In this document: piece by piece, positions 18,970 through 29,612 of the stretch | Layout of the letters: each line of letters begins with the position of its first letter | How positions within the stretch are numbered: position 1 is the first letter of the stretch | Program-made: the position numbers and the translations under genes | The notes under the pieces: model-generated | The model's input: only the letters and a program-made list of their open reading frames with translations | The model's database searches: none | What the model was told of the DNA's origin: nothing | Assembly (NCBI GenBank): GCA_016201795.1 | Contig: JACQCF010000010.1 | Coordinates: forward strand, 15,095-79,094 | DNA length: 64,000 nt | Reading direction: 5' to 3' | Source: Candidatus Omnitrophota bacterium | GTDB lineage: Bacteria; Omnitrophota; Gorgyraeia; Zapsychrales; Fredricksoniimonadaceae

Positions 18970-19749
18970 TTATCCTTGTTGAAGACGGACGATGCTCCTG
19001 GCCCGCCCGGTTTGTTCATCGACGGTAATCACCGCCGCGCATAATGTCGCGTCGCCTTGCGCCACTTCGAATTTCTGAGGAAGGCTGGTTAAAAAACGCA
19101 TCAAAATTTTCTCTTTATTCTGGCCGATGACCGAGTCGTAGGGCCCGCTCATTCCCAAATCGCTGATATAAGCAGTGCCGTTGGATAAAACCCTCTCGTC
19201 GGCAGTTTGAATATGGGTGTGTGTACCTACCACCGCGGAAAGCCTGCCGTTGGCGTAATGGCCCATGGCTATTTTCTCACTGGTCGTTTCCGCGTGCATA
19301 TCCAATATCACCACCGGCGTTACAGAAGAAATCTGGGCTAAAGCCTGATCCAGCGTGCGAAACGGACAATTGACATTATAACGCATAAAAGTACGGCCCA
19401 AAAGATTTATTACGCCTACTTTGACGCCGTTGGCAGCTTTGACGACACTCCAGCCGCGGCCAGGAGCCCCGTCGGGGAAATTGGCCGGACGCACCATGCA
19501 AGGATGTTGATCCAGGTAAGGGTGTATCTCCCCTTTATCCCAGACATGGTCCCCTAAGGTAATCACATCCACGCCAGATGCAAAAATTTCATCCGCCTGC
19601 TTAGGAGAAATACCGCTGCCGCCAGCCGCGTTTTCGCCGTTGGCAATCGTAAAATCAATAGCGTGTTCTTTTTTAATCGATGGTAAAACTTTGGCCAAAA
19701 TTGCGCGGCCCGGCCGTCCGACGATGTCTCCGATGCATAAGATGTTCAT
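18970..19749 (-). CDS. ymdB: YmdB-like metallophosphoesterase
   Basis: [26 protein letters not shown]; downstream of rny. Confidence 0.92.
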   Translation of the reverse strand: MNILCIGDIVGRPGRAILAKVLPSIKKEHAIDFTIANGENAAGGSGISPKQADEIFASGVDVITLGDHVWDKGEIHPYLDQHPCMVRPANFPDGAPGRGWSVVKAANGVKVGVINLLGRTFMRYNVNCPFRTLDQALAQISSVTPVVILDMHAETTSEKIAMGHYANGRLSAVVGTHTHIQTADERVLSNGTAYISDLGMSGPYDSVIGQNKEKILMRFLTSLPQKFEVAQGDATLCAAVITVDEQTGRARSIVRLQQG

Positions 19750-21311
19750 TTCGCATACTCCACGGCCCTGGTTTCCCTGACCACCATCACCTTGATATGC
19801 CCGGGATATTCCATTTCTTCCTCGATTTTCTTGCGGATATCACGCGCCATGACAATGGCTTCATCGTCGTTGATTTTGTCCGGCATGACCACCACCCGAA
19901 TCTCGCGGCCGGCCTGAAGGGCATAAGATTTCTCCACCCCTTTAAAAGAATTGGAAATTTTCTCCAAATTCTCCAGACGTTTGATGTAAGTTTCCATGCT
20001 TTCGGCGCGCGCACCGGGACGGGCGGCAGAGATCGCATCCGCCGCAGAGACAAGAATACCATAAAGAGTATTCATCTCCACCTCACCGTGATGGCTTTCC
20101 ACCGCGTAGGCGACTTCATCGCTTTCACCGTATTTGCGCGCTAACCTGGCGCCGACAATGGCATGCGTGCCCTCTTCCACGTCGGAAGAGACCACTTTGC
20201 CGATATCATGCAAAATCCCGGCACGTTTGGCGACTTTAACATCCACTCCCAGCTGATAAGCCATAATGCCCATAAGTTTGGCCACCTCAATCGAGTGACT
20301 CAAACCGTTTTGACCGAAGGAGGTGCGGTAACGCAATCTACCGATGAGCTTGGTGAGCTCCGGATGCATGCCGTGGATGCCCAGTTCAATGACCGCACGC
20401 TCGCCTTCTTCTTTAATTTTTTTATCCAGATCTTCTTTGGCCTTCTCCACCACTTCCTCAATACGTCCGGGATGAATACGGCCGTCGGCAATCAACTGTT
20501 CGATGGCCATGCGCGCAATTTCCCGGCGCATCATGTCAAAACCGGAAATGGTCACCGCCTCGGGCGTATCGTCGATAATGATATCCACGCCTGTCGCCTG
20601 CTCCAGCGCGCGGATGTTGCGGCCTTCGCGCCCGATGATGCGGCCTTTCATTTCATCGGAAGGCAGAGGCACCACCGAGATGGTGGTCTCCGCCGTGTGG
20701 TCTGAAGCGCAGCGCTGAATGGCTATAGTAATGAGTTCACGTGCCTTTTTATCCGACTCTTCTTTGATCTGTTCGTTCATGTGGCGGATACGCAAAGCTT
20801 TCTCGCTGGCGAGTTCATCCTCAATACGGGCCAATAAAATCTTTTTGGCCTCCTCGGTGGAAAGATTGGCCACCGACTGCAACCGGTGTTTTTCTTCCGC
20901 CAAAACTTTCTCCAGCTGTTCGGTTTTTTCTTTAATCCTGGCCTCGGCTTCGCGCAAGACATCCAGGCGGGCGGCTAAATCCTTTTCCTTCTTCTCTAAT
21001 AAATCCACCCGTTTATCCAAATTTTCTTCACGGCTTAAAATGCGCTTCTCGGCGGTGCCAAGCTCTTCGCGACGGTCCTTGGTTTGGGCCTCAAACTCCT
21101 GGCGCATTTTCAAAAGCACATCTTTGGCCTGAAGTTCCGCTTCTTTGCGGATGGCCTCGGATTCCCGTCGGGCCAACTCGCGGATATCCGTGGCATTCTT
21201 TTGTGCCTCTTTAGAACGTCTGGAAGTTAAAAAATAATTTAAAAAAAATCCGGCGATGATGCAGCCTATGCCGACAAAAATAAAAATAAACACTCCTCCT
21301 AAGCTTTCCAT
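19746..21311 (-). CDS. rny: Ribonuclease Y
   Basis: TM anchor, coiled coil, KH ([14 protein letters not shown]), HD (HDIGK). Confidence 0.96.
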   Translation of the reverse strand: MESLGGVFIFIFVGIGCIIAGFFLNYFLTSRRSKEAQKNATDIRELARRESEAIRKEAELQAKDVLLKMRQEFEAQTKDRREELGTAEKRILSREENLDKRVDLLEKKEKDLAARLDVLREAEARIKEKTEQLEKVLAEEKHRLQSVANLSTEEAKKILLARIEDELASEKALRIRHMNEQIKEESDKKARELITIAIQRCASDHTAETTISVVPLPSDEMKGRIIGREGRNIRALEQATGVDIIIDDTPEAVTISGFDMMRREIARMAIEQLIADGRIHPGRIEEVVEKAKEDLDKKIKEEGERAVIELGIHGMHPELTKLIGRLRYRTSFGQNGLSHSIEVAKLMGIMAYQLGVDVKVAKRAGILHDIGKVVSSDVEEGTHAIVGARLARKYGESDEVAYAVESHHGEVEMNTLYGILVSAADAISAARPGARAESMETYIKRLENLEKISNSFKGVEKSYALQAGREIRVVVMPDKINDDEAIVMARDIRKKIEEEMEYPGHIKVMVVRETRAVEYAK

Positions 21312-21355
21312 GGCAACTACCCCTTTCCATCAATATTGACAGGCGAACGTGTGGT

Positions 21356-21907
21356 TTAATTAGCGACGACGACCGAGACAGCAACATCATGCTGTTGGAC
21401 AGGAAGGCGATCCGTTAACTGAAAATCAAAGGCTAAACCAATGGTTGGAATATCCGGCGGCAAATTTTTAAGAAAACGGTCGTAATAACCGGCGCCGCGG
21501 CCCAAACGGTTGTTGGACCTATCAAACGCCAGCCCGGGCACAATGACCGCGTCGATATCCTCAAGGGCCACTGCCTTTGAGGCATCATAACGCGGCTGGG
21601 CAATACCATAAACACCGTTTTCTAAATCAGTCACCTTTTTGGTTAATGTAGGAATCATTTTCCTTTGATGGCGTACCACCATGGGTAAACAAATGCGTTT
21701 TTTCAGTTGAATAGCCTTGACTATCATCGCGAAAGTATCCACTTCGCCCGGCAGGGAAGCATAAAATAGGATTGTTTTAGCCCTCTGGACAGCGTCAAGC
21801 TCAAAGAGTTTGGCCTCAATCAGACGGCTCTTGTTTCTTCTATCCTTGCTTGCCTGCTTCTTAAGAAGCTCTAAATAATACTTTCTTAAAGAGCTTTTAT
21901 CCTTCAT
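21356..21907 (-). CDS. 5-formyltetrahydrofolate cyclo-ligase
   Basis: VPGLAFD...RLGRGAGYYDRFL. Confidence 0.94.
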   Translation of the reverse strand: MKDKSSLRKYYLELLKKQASKDRRNKSRLIEAKLFELDAVQRAKTILFYASLPGEVDTFAMIVKAIQLKKRICLPMVVRHQRKMIPTLTKKVTDLENGVYGIAQPRYDASKAVALEDIDAVIVPGLAFDRSNNRLGRGAGYYDRFLKNLPPDIPTIGLAFDFQLTDRLPVQQHDVAVSVVVAN

Positions 21908-21984
21908 GCGGGCGATATATTATCACTTTTTCTTAAATCTGTCCATTCTCTCTTTGAGCCTGGCTTCAGGGCCCATAAAAAATA

Positions 21985-22128
21985 ATCCCGCAATGCCGTT
22001 GGGTTGGTGTAATGAGAACCATGTTCTCAAAGTGGATGCCGGTGTCCCGCCAAAGGCGGGAAGAACCAGCTCCCTAGTGTATTGTTTGTGGTTCAATACA
22101 TCCAAGACCCTGACGCACACCGCAGGAT
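21985..22128 (-). ncRNA. ssrS: 6S RNA
   Basis: Long rod with paired ends (ATCCTGCGGTGTGCGTCAGGG / CCCAACGGCATTGCGGGAT), TGAACC and AGGGAG motifs, canonical position upstream of the 5-FTHF cyclo-ligase gene. Confidence 0.8.
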
Positions 22129-22177
22129 AAATATATCCTACGCTCCATAGAGTTCAAGAGCAAGAATTTTATATGAG

Positions 22178-24202
22178 TTAGCGCAGCGTTGCGCCAAGCT
22201 TGGTATTTAAAGCCTGCAGGATTGTTTGATGCGTGCGGTACACTTCTTCTTCGCGTAAGGTACGCTTGGGAGATTGATAAATCAGCGAGAAGACCAGACC
22301 TTTAGACCCCGGGGTGATTTTATCGCCGGCATAGCGCTCAATAAACTGCACGTCACACAAAATATCCCCGCCGTGGCAACGGCAGACGTCTTCGATTGAA
22401 CCATAAGCAACATCTTTTTTCACCGACACCGACACATCACGCACCACTGCCGGGAATTCCGGTAAAGGTTTAAACGGACGCCTCTTTTGGGGCAAAACAA
22501 ACAAAGTTTCCAAATCGATTTCGGCAAAATAAATATCCTGATGTTTGATATCCCAATTTTTCAAAACGCTTCGGTCTAATTTTCCAGCCGCACCGAGGGC
22601 CTGCCCGTTGAGTTTAAGAGCGCTGCGACAAGCCTCATCTAAAAAAGATTCTTGGCTGGCCTGAAAGGAAACATCAACACCCAAAGCATCAAGAACATTC
22701 TTCAAAGCACCTTTAAGATCAAAAAATTCCATCTGTTCTTTGCGCGAAAGGCGCCAATCTTGATAGCGGCTTCCAGTCAAAAGCACTGCCAGCGTCGTCT
22801 TTTCTCCTTCGTGGAAATATCTTTTGGCGATTTCAAACAGACACAAATTCTTTTGTCCGTGGTTGAAATTACCCGCGACAATCGAAAGCAGACTGGGCAA
22901 CAGCGATGGACGCATCAGCTGTTGGTCAACGGTCAGCGGATTAAACACACGTACGGCCTTTAAGTTTTCTTGTCGGCATTTGGCTAAATCTTTGGCGTTG
23001 GTCATGGAGAGCGTCACCACCTCATCAACACCGCCAGCCATCAAAGTTTCTCGGATAATTTTTTTGATCTGTGCGGGCCGCGGATCCATAATCAAATTTT
23101 GAGCCCTTATCTGAGGGAGGCTGGTGGGTATGCGGTCAAAACCAATGGTGCGGGCGACTTCCTCAATTAAATCCACACTTTGTTTAACGTCCCCCCGAAA
23201 ACTGGGGGCCAGCACCATCAACGATGGTCCTTTAAGGGAAACTTGAAAATCGAGACTGGTGAAAATACGTTTAAGATCAGCCAAAGTAACCTTTAATCCC
23301 AAAAGATTTTCAATTTCATCAACGGTGATTTTGATGGGTTTAAAAGAGCCTTTGGGCGCATAGGCCGCATCCGTGCGGGCCGTGCAATGGCCTTTAGTGG
23401 GCTCCAATAATAAATCGGTGGCACGATTGGCGCCGACAAGAACTCCTGGCCAGTCGACATTACGCTCAAAGCGATAGGAAGAATCGCTGCGCAACCCCAA
23501 GCGACGGCTGGCGCGGCGCATGAGCGTCATGTCAAAATGCGCGCTTTCTAATAAAATGTTTTTCGTCGAGAAGGTTACTTCTGTATCCTTGCCACCCATG
23601 ATCCCGGCAATGGCCACCGGCTTTTGGGCGTCGGCAATCACTAAAATGGACGCATCCAACGCGCGCTCCACACCGTCGATGGTGGTGATTTTCTCGCCGG
23701 CCTTAGCGCGGCGCACCACTATTTTACCACCCACGATTTTATCATAATCGAACACATGCAAGGGCTGTCCGGTCTCCATTAAAACAAAATTGGTGACGTC
23801 CACCGCATTGTTGATCGGCCTTAAAGACACGGCGTTGACTCTCTCTTGAAGCCATGCGGGCGAATCCGCCACCGTTGCCTCTCGAATGAGTGTCCCAATA
23901 TGGCGGCTGCAATCTTTTTTATCTTCGATGTTGATGGGAATTGTATTTGAGGTGGGCTTGTAATTTTTTATTTTAGGATATTTAATCTTCTTTCCGGTGA
24001 TAGCACCAATCTCACGGGCCAAGCCCAGCACGCTTAAACAGTCCGGGCGATTGGGCGTGATTTCCACCTCCAACACCGTGTCACTGCCGAGGGTCTGTCT
24101 GGACTCGACGTCCCAGCCAGCCATGACCAGGCGGTCCATAAGCTTTTCCGTCGATAACTTAGGGTCTATATAATCTTTGAGCCAATTTAAGGATAACTTC
24201 AT
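22178..24202 (-). CDS. pheT: Phenylalanine--tRNA ligase beta subunit (short form)
   Basis: MKLSLNWLKDY, TPNRPDCLS, GQPLHVFD, DLIEEVAR, FDX-ACB C-terminus. Confidence 0.96.
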   Translation of the reverse strand: MKLSLNWLKDYIDPKLSTEKLMDRLVMAGWDVESRQTLGSDTVLEVEITPNRPDCLSVLGLAREIGAITGKKIKYPKIKNYKPTSNTIPINIEDKKDCSRHIGTLIREATVADSPAWLQERVNAVSLRPINNAVDVTNFVLMETGQPLHVFDYDKIVGGKIVVRRAKAGEKITTIDGVERALDASILVIADAQKPVAIAGIMGGKDTEVTFSTKNILLESAHFDMTLMRRASRRLGLRSDSSYRFERNVDWPGVLVGANRATDLLLEPTKGHCTARTDAAYAPKGSFKPIKITVDEIENLLGLKVTLADLKRIFTSLDFQVSLKGPSLMVLAPSFRGDVKQSVDLIEEVARTIGFDRIPTSLPQIRAQNLIMDPRPAQIKKIIRETLMAGGVDEVVTLSMTNAKDLAKCRQENLKAVRVFNPLTVDQQLMRPSLLPSLLSIVAGNFNHGQKNLCLFEIAKRYFHEGEKTTLAVLLTGSRYQDWRLSRKEQMEFFDLKGALKNVLDALGVDVSFQASQESFLDEACRSALKLNGQALGAAGKLDRSVLKNWDIKHQDIYFAEIDLETLFVLPQKRRPFKPLPEFPAVVRDVSVSVKKDVAYGSIEDVCRCHGGDILCDVQFIERYAGDKITPGSKGLVFSLIYQSPKRTLREEEVYRTHQTILQALNTKLGATLR

Positions 24203-24222
24203 ATTTTTCGAACTGCTTTTGT

Positions 24223-24293
24223 GGTCCTGTCCTCAGGTATCCCCATCGTCCTCATTCTTGCGGGCGATGGGGATGCCCCTCCTTCGGCCACCC
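24223..24293. repeat. Intergenic hairpin repeat (second copy at 37113-37187)
   Basis: GGTCCTGTCyTCrGGyATCCCCATCGTCCTCrTTCyTGCGGGCGATGG shared by both copies. Confidence 0.8.
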
Positions 24294-24299
24294 CAAAGT

Positions 24300-25322
24300 C
24301 TAAAACTGCCTTAAAAACCGCACATCGTTCTGGTAAAACAAACGGATATCATTGATTCCGTACTTGAGCATGGCCATGCGCTCAACGCCCAGACCGAACG
24401 CAAATCCCGTATATTTGCCCGACGGATAACCCACCGCCTCAAAGACCTTGGGGTTAATCATGCCACAGCCTAAAATCTCCAGCCATTTCTTTTTTCCGAT
24501 CCCCAAGGTCTCGGCGGAAATATCCACCTCCGCCGAGGGCTCCGTAAACGGAAAAAAGTGCGGACGAAAACGCATCTTCAGCGACGAGCCGAAGAATCTT
24601 TTACAAAATTCCATCAACAAACCTTTTAAATCCGAAAACTGTACCTTACGATCAACCAAAAATCCTTCCACCTGATGGAACATCAACGAGTGGCTGGCAT
24701 CCACGGCATCCGGCCGATACACGCGCCCCGGGACAATCACCGCCAAAGGCGGCTTGTGCTCTTTCATAATCCTGATCTGCCCCGGCGAGGTGTGACTTCT
24801 TAACAGCAGACGTCTGCCCTTGGCGCCAGGGTCGTCTTGATCCAAATAAAACGTATCAAAAGCATCGCGCGAAGGATGGTCCAGGGCGATATTAAGCCCC
24901 GTAAAATTATGAAACTCCGTTTCAATCTCCGGAGTCTCGATGCTGGCAAACCCTAATTTTTCAAAAACATCGATGATCTCATCAATGGTTTGCGTCAAAA
25001 GATGAGGACGTCCTAAAACAGCAGCCGTCCCGGGAAGCGACGGATCAATCCCCGCGTCCTGCCCCGCTAAGGGTGAGCCAGCGGGGGCTAATCCTTTCGA
25101 TTTTTCTTCAATCCATTGAGTAACCAAAGCGCGCAGGTCATTAGCCGCTTTGCCGATGGCCGCTTTATCCTGGGGAACGGCCGCGCTCAATGAGGCAAAA
25201 ATCTCGGCGACGATACCCTTTTTCCCTAAATATTTTAGACGATACGCTCCCAGGGCTTTCACGTCGCTGAGACCTTGAGCTTCTTCTCTGGCTTGCTGTT
25301 GAATTTGTTGAAAATTATGCAT
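24300..25322 (-). CDS. pheS: Phenylalanine--tRNA ligase alpha subunit
   Basis: HPSRDAFDTFY, FHQVEG, FPFTEPS, GFAFGLGVER. Confidence 0.97.
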   Translation of the reverse strand: MHNFQQIQQQAREEAQGLSDVKALGAYRLKYLGKKGIVAEIFASLSAAVPQDKAAIGKAANDLRALVTQWIEEKSKGLAPAGSPLAGQDAGIDPSLPGTAAVLGRPHLLTQTIDEIIDVFEKLGFASIETPEIETEFHNFTGLNIALDHPSRDAFDTFYLDQDDPGAKGRRLLLRSHTSPGQIRIMKEHKPPLAVIVPGRVYRPDAVDASHSLMFHQVEGFLVDRKVQFSDLKGLLMEFCKRFFGSSLKMRFRPHFFPFTEPSAEVDISAETLGIGKKKWLEILGCGMINPKVFEAVGYPSGKYTGFAFGLGVERMAMLKYGINDIRLFYQNDVRFLRQF

Positions 25323-25325
25323 AAA

Positions 25326-25354
25326 GAAAAAAGCCCCGCCAAAGGGCAGGGCTT
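25326..25354 (-). terminator. Intrinsic terminator after rplT
   Basis: AAGCCCTGCCC-TTT-GGCGGGGCTT hairpin followed by a U-tract on the minus strand. Confidence 0.7.
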
Positions 25355-25373
25355 AAATTTACTTCTGCCTCAA

Positions 25374-25817
25374 CTACGCTTTGGCTTTTGCTTTCGCAGT
25401 TTTCTTAGCTGGAGCTACTGTCTTTTCCGCTTTTCCCGCGCTTTGAGCCGGGGCTGCTTTTAAAGTAGGCGCATTCTTGGCGGTTTCAATGATTTGGCCG
25501 AACGCCTCGGGCGCGCTCACAGCTAAATTCGCCAGGACTTTGCGGTCCAGGGCGATACTGGCCAACTTCAAACCGCGGATGAAGCGGCTGTAAGAAATTC
25601 CTGATTCACGGCAGGCCGCGTTTAAACGCAAAATCCACAGGGAACGGAATTCACCCTTTTTCTTTTTGCGGTCGTAGAAGGCATATTGACGCGAAGCGAT
25701 CAAAGATTTAATAGCTTCCTTGTAACGCTTGCTGCGGTTGCCCCACTGGCCTTTGGCTTCCTTTAAAACGCGCTTTTTTCTTTTATGCGCGTAAACAGTG
25801 CTTTTAATGCGTACCAT
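25374..25817 (-). CDS. rplT: 50S ribosomal protein L20 with Ala/Lys-rich C-terminal tail
   Basis: FRSLWILRLNAA, YSRFI, LDRKVLA. Confidence 0.96.
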   Translation of the reverse strand: MVRIKSTVYAHKRKKRVLKEAKGQWGNRSKRYKEAIKSLIASRQYAFYDRKKKKGEFRSLWILRLNAACRESGISYSRFIRGLKLASIALDRKVLANLAVSAPEAFGQIIETAKNAPTLKAAPAQSAGKAEKTVAPAKKTAKAKAKA

Positions 25818-26022
25818 AGGGTAATAACCTCCTGATGCGCTTGGCGTCCGTCGTGGAAAGATAACCGGCTTTCCTCAATTGGCGTTTATGTTTGCGTGAT
25901 TTTTTACTTAAAATATGCTGGCGTCCGGCATTGCGTTTTTTGAGAAGACCACTTTTGGTCATGCGCAAACGTTTGGCCGCGCTTTTATTCGTTTTTAATT
26001 TTCCTTTTTTACCAATGCCCAT
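25804..26022 (-). CDS. rpmI: 50S ribosomal protein L35
   Basis: KLKTNKSAAKR...HILSKKS...LLPY. Confidence 0.93.
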   Translation of the reverse strand: MGIGKKGKLKTNKSAAKRLRMTKSGLLKKRNAGRQHILSKKSRKHKRQLRKAGYLSTTDAKRIRRLLPYGTH

Positions 26023-26085
26023 ATTATTTCCTTCTTAAATAGATCCCTCGCTTAAAGGCTCGGGATGATCCCGTCTTTGGCGGGA

Positions 26086-26601
26086 TCATTTTTCCGCTTT
26101 CGGCGCCAACACCATTGAAACGATGCGGCCTTCTGCCAGCGGCGCTCTCTCGACGATCGCATGATCCGCTGTCTTGGCGATCACTTTCTCCAGCACCGCC
26201 TTCCATTGGTCTCTAAAGGACATCTCACGGCCCTGAAAAACCAGATTGATTTTCACTTTGTCTTTCTTGCTCAAAAAACCGACGGCCTGTTTCATCTTGA
26301 TATCCATATCATGGTTGCCGATATGGGGCTTGATGCGAATCTGTTTTAAATGAGTGACACGTTGATTCTTTTTGACTTTGCGTTCCTTCTTTTCCTGATC
26401 GTATTTGTATTTGCTAAAGTTGATAATGCGGCACACCGGCGGGCTGGCCGTGGGAGCCACTTCCACCAAGTCCAACTCATACTCATTAGATAATTCCATA
26501 GCTCTTTGGAAAGAAACAACGCCTAATTGCTCGGAGTTCGGTCCGATGACACGTACCTCCTTGGAACGGATTTGATGATTAATGCGAATGTGCTTTAAAA
26601 T
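26086..26601 (-). CDS. infC: Translation initiation factor IF-3 (probable ATT start)
   Basis: Frame extends upstream as ILKHIRINHQIR...EVRVIG; GGAGG SD before ATT; LDLVEVAP...PPVCRI. Confidence 0.93.
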   Translation of the reverse strand: MLKHIRINHQIRSKEVRVIGPNSEQLGVVSFQRAMELSNEYELDLVEVAPTASPPVCRIINFSKYKYDQEKKERKVKKNQRVTHLKQIRIKPHIGNHDMDIKMKQAVGFLSKKDKVKINLVFQGREMSFRDQWKAVLEKVIAKTADHAIVERAPLAEGRIVSMVLAPKAEK

Positions 26602-26642
26602 AATCTCCCTCCTTCAAATAGGTGTTCTATTATCTCTAAATT

Positions 26643-28376
26643 TTATTTCTTGTCAATAACCTGTTGTTTGAGCCGCCCCAACAAATCCTGCGGGCTCATG
26701 GAACCCAAATCCCCATCGCTATGAGAGCGCACCGCAAGCATTTGCGAAGAGGCTTCTTTGTCGCCGATCACAATTTGATACGGAATCTTTTGCACGGCTG
26801 CCTCGCGGATGCGTTTGGAAAGCGACTCATTGCGGCTATCAACCGTCACGCGGAATCCCTCATCGACCAATGTCTTTTTGATTTCTTCTGCAAACCCCTG
26901 GTGATCCGGTTTGATGGGAATGACCACGATTTGACGGGGCGCCAGCCACAGCGGGAAATGCCCGGCATAGTGTTCAATGAGCGTTCCGATAAAACGCTCT
27001 AAGGAGCCTAAAATAGCCCGATGCACCATAATGGGCCTGGCCTGCCGGCCCTGCTCGTCGATGTAATGCAAATCAAAACGTTCGGGGAGCGCGAAATCGC
27101 ATTGGATCGTCCCACATTGCCAAAAGCGGCCAATGGCATCTTTGAGTTTAATGTCGATCTTAGGCCCATAAAAAGCGCCTTCGCCTTCATTAATGTCATA
27201 CTTTATTTTTTTGGCATCGAGCGCCTCTTTTAAAGATTTGGTTGCTTTATCCCAATTTTCCTGGCTGCCGATAAAATCCTGCGGCCGGGTGGACAATTCG
27301 ATGCACAGATCTTCAAACCCAAAATCCTTCATGGTTTCAAATGCAAAATCCAGAACACTCATAACTTCTTCTTTAATCTGATCCGGCCTTAAAAAAATAT
27401 GCGCATCGTCCTGGGTAAAGCCCCTGACGCGCAAAAGTCCATGCAGCACGCCGGCTTTTTCCTGACGATAAACGGTGCCCAATTCAAAATAACGAATAGG
27501 CAAATCACGGTAAGAGCGCAGTTGGGATTTGTAAATAAGCATATGCCCAGGGCAGTTCATGGGCTTGACCGCATAATCTTCGTCGTCGACTTTAAAATAA
27601 TACATGTTTTGTTGGTAATGCTCGGCGTGGCCGGAAACTTCCCAGAGCTTACCCTTTAACATATGGGGTGTCATCACCAATTGGTAACCGTGCTTTAAAT
27701 GCTGGGCGCGCACATAGTCCTCGATGATTTTGCGCAGCATGGCGCCGTTGGGATGATAAAAGACGAGTCCTGCGCCGGCGGTTTCGTGATAGACGTGAAA
27801 CAAATCCAGCTGGGTGGCGAGTTTGCGGTGGTCGCGTTTGGCCGCCTCCTCGAGCATTTTCAAATACTCGTCGAGCTCCGGTTTGGTAAAAAAAGCTGTG
27901 CCGTAAATACGCTGGAGCATGGGCTTTTTTTCGTCGCCGTGCCAGTAGGCTCCGGCCACGGAAAGCAATTTAAAAGCCTTAATAAGCCCCGCGTGCTCGA
28001 CGTGGGGACCCTTGCACAAATCCAACCACGCCTGGCCGGTTTTATAAACGGAAATTTCCTCATCCGCTAAGAGGGCCTCAATCAACTCCACTTTATAGGT
28101 CTCGCCTTTGGAGAGAAAATATTCAATGGCTTTGCCACGCGGCCAAACCTCCTTGGTCATGGGGAACTTTTGGCTGATAATCTGCGCCATGCGCTTCTCG
28201 ATAGTCTTTAAATCCTCGTCGGTAAAAGGCTCTTTGCGGTCGAAATCATAATAAAAGCCGGTCTCGATGGCCGGGCCGATGGTGACCTTGGTCTGCGGCC
28301 AAAGTTCCTGCACCGCCTGGGCCATCACATGCGCGCAGGTGTGGCGAAGTTTATCTATGTCTTTGGAATAATCCAT
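26643..28376 (-). CDS. thrS: Threonine--tRNA ligase
   Basis: LRHTCAHVMA, DLCKGPH, KPMNCP, FYGPKID. Confidence 0.97.
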   Translation of the reverse strand: MDYSKDIDKLRHTCAHVMAQAVQELWPQTKVTIGPAIETGFYYDFDRKEPFTDEDLKTIEKRMAQIISQKFPMTKEVWPRGKAIEYFLSKGETYKVELIEALLADEEISVYKTGQAWLDLCKGPHVEHAGLIKAFKLLSVAGAYWHGDEKKPMLQRIYGTAFFTKPELDEYLKMLEEAAKRDHRKLATQLDLFHVYHETAGAGLVFYHPNGAMLRKIIEDYVRAQHLKHGYQLVMTPHMLKGKLWEVSGHAEHYQQNMYYFKVDDEDYAVKPMNCPGHMLIYKSQLRSYRDLPIRYFELGTVYRQEKAGVLHGLLRVRGFTQDDAHIFLRPDQIKEEVMSVLDFAFETMKDFGFEDLCIELSTRPQDFIGSQENWDKATKSLKEALDAKKIKYDINEGEGAFYGPKIDIKLKDAIGRFWQCGTIQCDFALPERFDLHYIDEQGRQARPIMVHRAILGSLERFIGTLIEHYAGHFPLWLAPRQIVVIPIKPDHQGFAEEIKKTLVDEGFRVTVDSRNESLSKRIREAAVQKIPYQIVIGDKEASSQMLAVRSHSDGDLGSMSPQDLLGRLKQQVIDKK

Positions 28377-28476
28377 ACGTAAATATTTATACATGGGGCG
28401 GGTCCGTCTCACCCACCAAAACTTTGTTTTGGCGAGGTGGACGAGACCTCGCCCATAATTTTGCAAAGCAAAATTA

Positions 28477-28560
28477 TGGGCGGGGAGGGACTTGAACCCT
28501 CACGGCCTTACGGCCACAGGATTTTAAGTCCTGCGTGTATACCGATTCCACCACCCGCCC
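28477..28560 (-). tRNA. tRNA-Leu(TAA)
   Basis: GGGCGGG acceptor, CAGGA-CTTAAAA-TCCTG anticodon arm, long variable arm. Confidence 0.93.
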
Positions 28561-28570
28561 GTCAACAAAA

Positions 28571-28645
28571 TGGACCCGAGGGGGCTCGAACCTCTGACCT
28601 TTTCCATGTCAAGGAAACGCTCTAACCAAACTGAGCTACGGGTCC
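28571..28645 (-). tRNA. tRNA-Val(GAC)
   Basis: GGACCCG acceptor, TTTCC-TTGACAT-GGAAA anticodon arm. Confidence 0.93.
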
Positions 28646-28662
28646 TGATCTTGACAAAAACT

Positions 28663-28737
28663 TGGAGGCGCGAGCCGGAATCGAACCGGCGTATGGCGGT
28701 TTTGCAGACCGCCGCCTTACCACTTGGCTATCGCGCC
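28663..28737 (-). tRNA. tRNA-Cys(GCA)
   Basis: GGCGCGA acceptor, GCGGT-CTGCAAA-ACCGC anticodon arm, encoded CCA. Confidence 0.94.
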
Positions 28738-28753
28738 ATCAATGATCTCTGCC

Positions 28754-29284
28754 TTATGATATTTTTTTCAAAACGGTCTTCACAATGTCTTGCACATCCG
28801 CCAGATGCCCCACCCCGACGACACCGCAGGCCAGTTTCCCCTTGGTCGGCTCAATGAACCTGACGCCGTGCTTTTTGAGTTTGGCGCAATTCTCCTGCAC
28901 GATGGCATTGGCATACATATCATCATTCATCGCCGGGGCCAAAAAAATCGGTGCACGGGTCGTCACCAACAAGGTGGTTAATAAATCATCCGCTAACCCA
29001 TGGGCCATTTTGCCAATGACGTTGGCGGTCGCCGGTGCCACCACCACCACATCGGCTTTGGAAAGTTCAATATGCCCCATGTTCCAGTTACTGGCGCAAA
29101 ACATATCACCGTAAACATCTTTGCCCGATAACGTCGCGAGTGTCAAAGGCGTAACAAATTCTGTGGCCTCTTTGGTCATCACCACCGTCACGTCGCAGTT
29201 TTGCTCTTGAAAACGGCGGATGATATCCCCCGCTTTATAGGCGGCAATGCTGCCGGTGACGCCTAAAACAATTTTTTTCTTCAT
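28754..29284 (-). CDS. coaC: Phosphopantothenoylcysteine decarboxylase (CoaC domain only)
   Basis: GVTGSIAAYK, HIEL, APATAN, PAMN, LACG. Confidence 0.9.
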   Translation of the reverse strand: MKKKIVLGVTGSIAAYKAGDIIRRFQEQNCDVTVVMTKEATEFVTPLTLATLSGKDVYGDMFCASNWNMGHIELSKADVVVVAPATANVIGKMAHGLADDLLTTLLVTTRAPIFLAPAMNDDMYANAIVQENCAKLKKHGVRFIEPTKGKLACGVVGVGHLADVQDIVKTVLKKIS

Positions 29285-29523
29285 TTGACCCGCCTTGTGG
29301 CGGGTCCGGAAGCAGACTCTTCTTGGGCAATGGGTTTTTCAACGACTTTGCTCTGCCTGATTTCTTCTAAAGCCGTCGTGGTTAATTTCTGTTCGGTGGG
29401 GGCGATAATCAATTTTGCGCCGGTTTCGGAAAGTTCCAAAGCGCGTTTGGAGGCCAAGCGTACCAGACGATAAATACTATCATTGGCTTTTGGTAATAAT
29501 TCTTCCAGGGGTTGATAAGCCAT
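29281..29523 (-). CDS. rpoZ: RNA polymerase omega subunit
   Basis: SIYRLVRLASKRA...ALEEI; gmk-rpoZ-coa synteny. Confidence 0.9.
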   Translation of the reverse strand: MAYQPLEELLPKANDSIYRLVRLASKRALELSETGAKLIIAPTEQKLTTTALEEIRQSKVVEKPIAQEESASGPATRRVK

Positions 29524-29612
29524 CCTTGTTCCTCCTTGCCAATGCGTCTGGTCTCAAACGCTTTTGGTCTGCCTTTAAGAAATGTTATTTATAACACAGC
29601 CATTTTTTATTG

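Noticed and set aside
21923-22130. Short ORFs on both strands
   Set aside because: They overlap the 6S RNA-like structure and show no protein features.
28377-28466. N-terminal extension of thrS in the ORF track
   Set aside because: It runs through a REP-like hairpin; similarity to ThrS begins near MDYSKDIDKLRH.
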